Shown here piece by piece: positions 14,091 through 23,615 of a stretch of DNA of 64,000 bases (the first letter of the stretch is position 1; every line of letters starts with the position of its first letter). The position numbers were made by a program, and so were the translations under genes. This stretch comes from Blastocladiella emersonii ATCC 22665 (lineage: Eukaryota > Fungi > Blastocladiomycota): assembly GCA_025594325.1 (NCBI GenBank), contig JANHCV010000009.1, positions 930,001-994,000 on the forward strand, written 5' to 3'. The notes beneath the pieces were generated by a model that saw only the letters and a program-made list of their open reading frames with translations, was not told the origin of the DNA and ran no database searches.

Positions 14091-16458
14091 GAGGGATCAG
14101 TCGAATTGCTGGGACTATAAATTCATCGGAAATCGCGGATCACAAATTGTGCGGCCAGCTGCAAATTTGCACTCAATTCTTGGGCCGGGTCGGGCGAGGG
14201 TCGAAATCGCAAATAAAGATTTCCGGTCAATGCAATACATGGGTGTGATGGGGGAGGTCAGGGGGATTTTTCGCTGGTGGTCGCGGTGGTCGGAGTTGCC
14301 CTTGGAGAAAGTTGGACTTTTCACCACAACGGCTCAGTCGATTGCGCTGTTCTTGACGGTGATGAACTGATCGTGGTGAGAGCTACAAAAGAGCTAATTA
14401 AGCGTTGGGGTGGTTGGAAGCCGGGTGTCAAGAAAAAAATGGCGATCGGATTCTCAACGCTAACACACCGCCAGGGTTGATTCAAGAAGCTAACCTCGAA
14501 AGTCGTTCCTGCGCAACGGAGTGAAGGATTTGACTCGCGGAAATATTTTTAGCGCTCAGAGGAGCATGGAAACGATAGACACTGTTTGAATTCATGGGGT
14601 CGCAAATCCAATACAGCATCCAATCCAGAGGGTAAACAGGCTCTCTCCTGGCGGCAAACTGGTCAACTACCTCTACCTCGGTAAATAAACTTGGTTTACC
14701 GGCCGGGATTGCAGTTTACAGAGGGCGAAACCTATGTTCGCCTGAAGGGGTTTGCGGCACGCATGCTGTTGCGGATCGCGCTCGCGGATCGAGCTTATTA
14801 GGTGGACGCCTACCGGCGCGGCAAGCCAAGCGGCTAAGGAAAGTTCGGAGTTCTCCAACAACTGTCTGAACGTGATCGCATACTGGTTTGACTCGTACAA
14901 GTTGACGAGAGCGAGCGAGTGAAGGACCGCTTCCGCTAGCACGAATGGACAACAATTGCCAGCCTCGAGTAAAGCTGGTGAGCCCTGGTACATAGCTTGC
15001 TCACAAGTCAACGCTTCTGCGGGAGCGCGCGGGACGGTCGCTCAACCACTGAAGCGCGTCCACGGCGAACCGGCACGTTGCAAATCTTTCCAGACTTGAA
15101 TGAGGTGCATGCGATCCAGTCGGTGCGCTTAAGCGCCTGGAACGCATCAAAGGCCACTTCAGAGAGTTGCGAATGGTGCTATTCCTTTGCTTGAACACAG
15201 GGTCGCGGAACGGCCATGCTCGAGCTGCCTCTGACGCTGGTAGAACATGTAACACCGCGTGATCGAGCTTCACTATCTGCCACGCGACGCTTATAGAGTT
15301 GAAACGCGACGTGAACGTTTCCAGGTTCATGGTAGAGTCATGGATCAGTAGGCAACATTCTGTTCGTCACTCAAGGGCGGGTCTCCGACTTGGCGAGCGG
15401 CCCTATCAACTAGCTGAAGCTGCCGGCGGTCAAATCAAAAGCGGACATGACTTCTGATGCGCTGGGAGCGACAGGCGCGGCTCGTCAGCGGCTGGCGGTG
15501 CCTGTGTTACGGGTTCGGCGCGGCGCTCGAATCGCGCAAGAATACATAAACTAAGCGCAATTTGGAAGAAGTCCATGTGTTTAAGACATTGCATCAAGTG
15601 GTATCTGCAGCATACGTAAACTATGCCCGGAAGGTGGAGGGAGCAACTGAGTGAGCTGTGGCAGGCGTGTGAACTCCATCGTCCGAAGCCACCGCAGGGC
15701 CATGTTGGCCACGTCCGTTCACGCTTGGCCTGCGAGCTCGTCCAGGCGCAAGATCCCCTCAAAACGCGATGAATGACCTTTGCGGCTCGCTTAAGAACCT
15801 CGCGTGAGCTGCGGTGCGATCCGGCTGCTGCGATGTGCTTGGTACTCGCTCTCGTGCGGCTGAGTTCAGCCACATCAGCAATATTCGCCTGTCGTCGCGC
15901 AGGCAAGAGAGCCGAAGGCATGAGCTCGCTCTTGGTCTGTTCGTGCGACTGTGACACGGTTATCAGACCCGGCTCGCTTCTTGGCCCCTGTTTATGAAGG
16001 AAACGGTGGGCGCTCGCTGTGGACACGAATGCGCGGGATGGAACGGCGAGGTGCGACCCCAGCAACTGTCATGACAAGGGTCTCGTCGCTTCCAAACCCT
16101 AACCAACATCTAAGCTTTGATCGACTCGAGAACAAAGGGAGTAACCGCGCGGCCGCGTCACGACCCGGAACGCGTCGTGCTTGCCCTATTCCTCCCTCCT
16201 CCCCTCGCAGTCCTGCTTTCAAGTGCGGCTTGTCGTGTTTGTCGACCGCGCGTTTCAAGGCTGGCGAAACTGAGCGAGAGTCGTGGCACGGCGGGTTGCG
16301 AGACGGGCTGCGAGACGCGTCGCGAAAACACGTGTGCGGTCACCCGCACGTGACACAGCTTGGCGTGGACTTTGCCCCGAGCGCGAGTCGGGCGAGCGAG
16401 TGACTCTCCGCCGCGCCGCGCGCGGTCCCCGTTCCCTCACTCATCGTCACTCGCTGCA

Positions 16459-17220
16459 ATGTATCACCCGTCCGCCAACGAAGCACCCTACGACCTCGAC
16501 GCACGGCAACCACGCGACCACCGTCAACAGGTACGCGTCGCATCCCGCTGCCGCGCCCCCCGCCTCGCGCTTGGCTCCCATCGCGCCGACCGTCGTGTTG
16601 CACTCCCGTGGCGGTGCGCCCGGCGTGGAGCGCTTCACCCTCTGCTCTGGCCCGCCGTCGACGCACCGCGAGCCCAGCGGCGTCGTCGCTGCCGCGCGTG
16701 CGCACCGTCGTGCGCGGGTTCCGCCGCGCTCGTCCTTCGGGCGCAGCACGGCGCAGCGCAAGGGGACCCCACCGGGCTACCAGCCGCGTGCGCGCTCGTC
16801 AAAGGTGCTGACACCTGTGCGGTGCCCATGTAGCCGCCGGCGCGCGTCCGCCGCCAGGGACTCGACATTTGCCGACTCATGGACCTGAGACCATCGAGCC
16901 AGCCTCGCTCGCGACGGTACGCCGTCTCCGCCACACCACCTCCGCGTGTCTCATGCACTCACGCTGCACGCTCGCGCCAGTAGCGCCGACAGGCTCGCTC
17001 AAGCAGTTCGGCCGCGCCCACCACGTGGGCCAAGTCCCAGTCGCAGGTACGCTTGACTCTTCTCGTCGCTACGCAAGAGTTGGCGCGCGACTGACATGCT
17101 CGCTCACATTGCTCCTCGTAGCCCCTCGTGATCCACTGGTCTCTCGCTGCACCATCGAACCGCCTCGTCTCGACGGGTTAACAACTGATGCGCAGCATCC
17201 GCAAGCTGTAGGGTGCCGAT
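16459..17220 (+). other. Putative captured multi-exon gene fragment inside the MULE
   Basis: Several GTACGC donors (e.g. ~16529, ~16917, ~17047) and CTGAC..TAG acceptors (~16808-16833, ~17093-17120) that match the host intron style, preceded by a CGCG/GAGAC-rich promoter-like stretch. Product not recognised. Confidence 0.4.
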
Positions 17221-17884
17221 TTTCAAGACGCCGCGGTACGCCCTCCTCACCCGCCGCTTGAGGCGCAGCGCGACTCACATGAGCTCTCGGACCTTTGTTG
17301 CTTGTAGCAGCGATCTCTGACCACCATCTCGCCCGGCCGGTTTCTGTACTCGGCGTCGTGCCACGACCTGGCCGCGGATCGCATCAAGCGCGGCCGCGGA
17401 TCGCATCAGGCGCGGCCGCGCGCGCTGTTCGGGCCGGTCACGGGCGGCGGCTCCGAGGGCGGAGACCTGGTGCTGGCGACGGCGTCTGCGGTCCGCTCGG
17501 GTACCTGCTTGTCGTGCATCGTCGTCGCGCACGGGCCGGGATTCCGACTCGCATGCCGCGCGACCCGCGGCGGTGGCGACCTGACCTGTATCTGAGATCT
17601 CCCTGTACGCAATACACTCGCAAATTTGCACCAAAACGCAGTCCCCATCTTGAGAATATGCCATCAATTCGTGCGCCAACCGGGTCGCTCGTCTCACAAA
17701 TTGGCCATCAAATGTGCCATCAAGTCGCAGCAGATTGAACGTCAATTGGTTGCAAATTCGCTGTCCTAGCCGACCCGCGGGCCGCCGCTCAATTTGGTGC
17801 AAATTTGCTCAGGTTTAAAATTTGCCTCCAAACCATGTAAATTGGCCGCAAATTCGCAAGGCCCGGATTTGCGATGAACAAATC

Positions 17885-17984
17885 GACGCGTCTCAATATC
17901 ATGTGATGTGGCGTTGGTGCAGAATGGAGGGGTGGTGCAGGATAGGAGGCTGGTGCAGAATAGCCGGGGGTGGTGCAGGATAGG
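17885..17984 (-). repeat. Right TIR of the MULE
   Basis: Reverse complement of 12651-12750. Confidence 0.9.
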
Positions 17985-18089
17985 TTTTGCCCTCGTCTCG
18001 CGTCGCTCACATCATCGGTTCCATCGAGTTTTCAGCTATGCAGATACATTTACGTGTGAACTTGAACAAACAAATAAAGAACCCGAGCA

Positions 18090-20398
18090 TTACCCGTCCG
18101 CGTGATGGATGAGCTCGGTGACCGCGTCCTTGTACTCCTGCGACGCGGTCGTCCGAGGTGCAGCGCGGCAAACCTCCGCGACGCACTCGTGGGTGCTTTT
18201 GCCCGCGGAAGCCCGCGATTTCAGCCGCATAGACACGACCAGATGAGCGATCCAGCGCGCGTCCTTGACCCCGTCAAGCGCGCCGTCTGGGATTGCGCGC
18301 CAGAAAGCACACGGGAGGTTGAATCCCTTGCCGTCGCAAAGTTGATCGATAAGAAACACCGGCTCGGCGCGGAAGAAAAAATCGAACATTTCCAGGAGCG
18401 GATACTTGATAGGCTGGCACGTAGCGCTGCATCGCGAACGCGTATGCGGGGTGGCCAAGCTGTTTGTCGCGCGACCCGAGCACAGAGCCTTGCGAAGCTT
18501 GCCAAGGAGCGGGCGAGGAAGACGCCTGACGGTGCCTTTCATCAGAGTGACGATCCACTCGATCGTGGCGAGGTACGGCTGTTGATTCGAGAGGCTGCAA
18601 CCTCCGCAGGTTGACATGAAAGGGCTGAGTTGAACGGAGTGGCAGCCAGCATTTCCCTTGAGAAGTGCGGTGATCAAAACGGCAAGGATTTGCGGAGAAC
18701 AGCCAACGTAGAGACTCGGAAGTGAGCTAAGCGTGCTTGACGCTATGGCCTGGTTAACAACCGAAACCACAACCCAGGCGAGTTCAACGCAATCCTTCGC
18801 TTGGCACTTTGGAATGAGATTCATGGCCAAATCGTGCAGCATTTTCACTGGCGCAGTTGGGCTGCTCGTAAAGATGCGCGCAATGGCGGCTTTCATTGTC
18901 AGCATGTTGGACAGCTCGCGCGAGACCGTGTCCAAAAACAGACTAAACTCGACATATTGAACCAAGTGGCGAGCAGCAGTGTCAAGAATCTGCTGTGGCC
19001 CCACTACAATCAGCTGGCGCGGAAGGCTGCGCTCTTGCTCAGTGAGAGTGAGCAGGAAAGCTGTGTGGAGGTTAGCCCTCTTCGATAGGTTATACTCCAA
19101 TATACATGAGATGTACCTTGAGCAAGTGGACCACCAAGTCGGCCCCGAAGCCGCTCGAGAACGAAATCGGCGGTGCAGCGCTCATAGCCGGCGGGAAGGC
19201 GGGGCCCGGACAGCGGGTGGTCGTTGGGAACAAACGACCATAGATAAATGCGAGCCCAGGCAGTGTCATCAAGGAGCAGGTTTGAGTCAAGCGCCAACGC
19301 CACAGATCTGATCAACGAGCGCGCCGGGTACTCAACAAAATACTCGCTGAGGGTCTTGAACGATGAATTGAGCGATCTACGAACAGCGTCGGTGTCTGCC
19401 TGTAAGGCAGTGAGCAGCACGCCTGGATCCTGGAGGTAGCATATGTGTAAGACGAGCGGCTGGTCGCGGAGTATGCGGTTCGGCGGATCAAACCAGTGTT
19501 TGCCTAGGAGCAAGTCAAGGGTGTTGGAAATGTCCAAAGCTGGGGCTAAAGCGCCATTATTGCTGGCCAAACTGAGCGCTGTCGCAAGAGCTCCGTCATC
19601 CTGTAGCGCCTTGACAACAGCCGCCAAGTCCATTCCAAAGGGGGCGTTCCGAAGCTGATCGAAAACCGGAAAATTGAACACCAAGCCTGCGACGAAGCCA
19701 AGAAAGTCGATGAGACGCATAGGCAGGTCGAAAAGGTGAACCATGTCGGCCTCGTTAAAGGCCCAAGTAGGACCGAGCGACAGTGAGGCCCACTCACCCG
19801 CCGGGAGCGTGTACTTGAAGACCTCGGGCATCCGCTGCTGAACTTCGGAAAGTAGCCGGATGATGGTTGGTGGGTCGAGATTTCCGTAATGCACATCTAT
19901 GAGGAACTGGATTAGGGCAAGAGTTTCGGGCACCCTCGTCACGGATTCACGCGGCTGGCTGAGAAGCTGCCGGATGGCGGCAGAGTCAAAAGGTTGTTTG
20001 CTCTTGTGTTTGGTTCTTTCGGCGTTGGTGAGGAGCAGTTGCTGAAGCTCGAAAAGCATCGACGTCACGCGGTGATAATCTTCGTCGGTGGTCTCCAACC
20101 GCTTAAAAGGGTCAAGTAATTCATTCTCGAGGAAGGCACCGTAAACGGTGGGAAGCCTGACGCAAGTCATGTATTCGTGTCCGGGCGGCAGCGCAGGAGT
20201 GCGTTTAAGAATCTGGTCGACCCAAGCCAATTTGACGTGCGAAGTGCTGGCCACCGATACCACGGCTTTTGAGGTCAGGCACAGGAGCAGGCGCGCCTGG
20301 GCAAGCTGCAGGACCGTGGTTGCGAGTTCGCAAGGGAGCAAGTCAAGCCCAAGTTCGGTAGCATAATGTGCGCGCCCTTTGGGCGATTCAGTTTCCAT
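18090..20398 (-). CDS. F-box-like array copy 4 (intact, ~750 aa)
   Basis: METESPK start with the shared TGCAATG context; LDLLPCELATTVLQL motif. Phase-1 intron 19061-19116 joins in frame to ORF 18090-19100; TAA stop. Confidence 0.8.
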
Positions 20399-20530
20399 TG
20401 CAGAGAGTGATAAGTTGCATGGGAGTGGTTCGACAGCGTGAGTGAATGAGCAGGTTTGCTTGCTGAGACGGAGCGGACGGCCATCGTCGCAAAGCCGACG
20501 AGCTCGGCGCCACGTTGTGACATCACCTGA

Positions 20531-20596
20531 CTGTCTCACGCCGACTCCGACGCGGCGATCAATCTGTCTCACGCCCATTTCGACGCGACGATCAAT
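20531..20596 (+). repeat. 33-bp imperfect tandem duplication in the spacer between array copies 5 and 4
   Basis: ctgtctcacgccgactccgacgcggcgatcaat / ctgtctcacgcccatttcgacgcgacgatcaat. Confidence 0.8.
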
Positions 20597-20773
20597 CACG
20601 TGGCGTTCGTGAGACAGTTTTCCTCGTGAAGGCCGCGCGACGAAAATGCGCCTTGTTGGCGCGCAAGTTCGGCGATCCTCGCTGTCCAAACACCCCCTCG
20701 CTCATGCAACTAAAACCTGTATCAACTACGAAGAACAAAACGCGAAAGAACACAACCAACCCCTCGACTCGCA

Positions 20774-23031
20774 CTAGCCCTCGGCGTTATGAAGAAGCTC
20801 ATGCAGCGCGTCCTTGTACTCGCGCGACTCAGTCGTCCGAGGCGCGGCGCGGCAGATTTCTTTGATCCGCTCGCGCACGCCGCCGCTCGCGAGGGGGCGG
20901 GAGGTCGTGCGCATCTTCACGACCAAGTTGGCAAACCAGCGTGCGTCCTTGACGCCCTCGAGCCAACCACCGGGCACCGCGCGCCAAAACGCGATTGCTA
21001 GCTTGGTCGGGTCGCCGTCGCTAAACTTGTCGATCATAAAGCTAGGCGCGGAGCAGAAGAGGACGCGAAAGACCTCGAGTAACGGGAATTCCACGGGCTG
21101 GCAAGTTGAGTGACATGGCGGCTCGCGCTTGCCCGGTTCAGCCCGCTTGCGGGCCGCGAGCCCGGCGAGCAGCGCGCTGTAAATCTTGCTCAACGCGGCT
21201 GGCGGAAGAGCACAAACAAGGCCGGGGAACTCGTTAACAAGGCACATAATTGTCCGAAGCCACGCTTGTTGCGACGTGAGGTCACAGCTGCCGCAGGTTG
21301 AGCAGTAGGGACTGAGCGGTGCCTCGTGGCGACCAGCTCAGCCGTCGATGTGGGCCATGATCAAGACCAGGAGAACCTGCGGTGCGCAACGAAGTGTGCG
21401 AATCGCTGATAATAGGGCCGAATTCGGGTAGTGAACGAGTGAAACGAATATCCAAGCCAAATGAGCGCAGTCCGCAGCGCTACACGCGGAGACAAAAGCC
21501 AAGGCCAAATCCTGGAGCGAAAAAATCGAGCGCTTTGCCGGGTCACTCGCGAAGATACGCTTGATCGGGCTGCTCGGTTGGTCTTTGCCGGACAGGTTGC
21601 GCACGATGTCCCTCGTAAACCACTCAGTGTCCGCTTGCGATCCCAAATAACCGCGCGCGGCGCGGAAAAAATTTACGGGACACGTTGAAGCGTACTCGGG
21701 TTCACTCATGCAGAGCTTAAACGCTACACGACGAGAAGATTCAACTCACATTAACTTACGAGCAATTCCCGTTGCACGGAAATCAGAAACGTACCGCAAA
21801 CAAGCGGGCCAACGAGCCGGCCGCGGAGCCGATAGAGGATAAAGTTGAGCGTGCAAGGGAGGCGTTGGCCCGCGGGAGCATAGGCCTGCAAGAGGAGGCG
21901 AGCCCACGAAAGGTCGGTCAAGAATCCGAAATAGTCGAGGACGGCGACCACGGGTTCAATGGCGATTCGACGGGCAAGGTTTTCCGCAAGATCGATATCA
22001 CAAAGCTCGAGCGACTCGCGCGCGGACGCTGAATGTTTTTGAAGCGCGTAGGAGAGCACGTCCGAATTCGGCAGGTCACACAGATGAAGAAAGATCGGAG
22101 CTCTGTCGAACTCGGCCGCCGCCGAACCAAACCAGTCGGCGCCAAAGATGATATCGAACATTCCACACATATCTCCTGCCGGGATATGGGCCAACCAAGG
22201 GTTGTCGGGATCAATGGCTTTCAATAATATGTCTTCGCGCTGAAGCAATTGGATGACGGTCCAGCGATGCATGCCGAAGCGGTTGAGCTCCCGGAAGGCA
22301 TGATGGTTCATGAGCATGCCGGTTACGAGGCCGAGAAAGTCGATGAAGCGCAAGGGCGGAGTCGTACGCCAATCTATGACGTGGGGGTTGAGCAAGGCAT
22401 TGGTGAGCCGCGAAAGGTTTGACCAATTGGTAGCTGGCAGAGTAAGGCCAAGGAGCTCGGGAAAGTGCTGCCGAACCTCGGAGAGTAAGCCAACGAGGGT
22501 TTGCGAGTCCAGATTAGCCGCTGCAATGACGAGTCCGCGAAGTAACGCGACGACGAGATACTCGGAATCTGTGGGATAAATATACGCGCATAGCGTTTGC
22601 ACAAGTGACGATGTGTCGAGAACTGGCTGGCGTCCTCGCTGAAGCCGAAGGAATTTACCAATCAAGAACTCTTGCAGGGCGCGAAAGACCGACGTTACAA
22701 AGGCATAATCGGCGTGCGATGATTCGACGCGTGGTCGGTTATACGACAGTTTGGATTCAAGGAACGTTCCACCGCTCATGCCGTAGTACTCCGATTCCTT
22801 GTCGATATCCAGGTCAATTTCGTAGTAGCTGCGTTCAAGGGCCCGATCGATCCATGAGAGCTTTACGGAACCAGACTTAAGCAATTCGGACAACTGTCCC
22901 GAGGCGGTAATCACATCGAGCCGCGGACGGGCGAGCTGCAAGACCGCGGTCGCAAGCTCGAAAGGGAGCGCGCTGAACTCGAGGCGGCGGCCGGCACATG
23001 AGGCAAGAGTTTCGGGTGGTCTAGTTTTCAT
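20774..23031 (-). pseudogene. F-box-like array copy 5; in-frame nonsense codon
   Basis: FSALPFELATAVLQL motif; phase-1 intron 21724-21794. TGA at 21338-21340 in AHIDG*AGRH, where paralogs read LLDGQPGRH / LLKGNAGCH. The frame continues to TAG at 20774. Confidence 0.8.
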
Positions 23032-23615
23032 TGCATAGAGTCTTACGTTGCATGTGCTTGCTGTCATGCTGTCATTCACAGCAGGGAGCGAGGTTACTTG
23101 AGGAGCGACAGCGAGTCGAAGACCTGGACGAAGGCCGCTGCGCCACTCACGGAGCATCAGCTGACTGTCTCCAAATTTTCGCGACGCGTCCATCCTCGTG
23201 TCGGAAACGCGAGCCACTCGCGCGATTCGTGTGCGGGTTACGAGCCAACCCCTCAGTGATCCGCTCGAACTAGCTACGTTCGCGGTCATGGCACGGATGA
23301 CCCAAGTCACAGTCATTTCGGCCTCACTGGCCCGCAAGCAGTGCTCGGGCGCCGAGCCACCTCGCTGTCCCCGACCTGCTCATGTCCATGGCGCGCCTCG
23401 CCGCTCACGATCACTAGTCCAGGGCTTTGCGCGGTGACGGTTTGTATGCAATCGCAAGCGATAACGAGATAGGACTAGGGGGGAGGGTCAAAAAGGTACA
23501 AGGGTGGGGATCGCGAGGGGAAGAGAGAGGTTGGAGGTACAGGTGGAGGTCGAGTCGAGTCTTCTAGGTGTAAGTCTTGAGGGTGGAGCGCGTGCGAGCG
23601 GAAGCGCACGCCAAA

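Larger units (their letters stand above)
12645..17990. mobile_element. Mutator-like (MULE) DNA transposon, defective, with non-transposase cargo (Pack-MULE-like), 5346 bp
   Basis: 100-bp TIRs at 12651-12750 and 17885-17984 (1 mismatch). 10-bp direct repeat CCTCGTCTCG at 12635-12644 and 17991-18000. G...C termini. Internal MULE transposase motifs. Confidence 0.85.

Noticed and set aside
14560-16065. Protein-coding genes in the left MULE cargo (ORFs 14673-15011, 15001-15330, 15430-16065)
   Set aside because: Short ORFs with no recognisable motifs or consistent codon bias; at most a decayed fragment.
5136-23337. Repeated two-ORF pairs as bacterial-style operons or toxin-antitoxin pairs
   Set aside because: Each pair is joined in frame by a canonical phase-1 GT-AG intron at the same position, so each is one eukaryotic gene.
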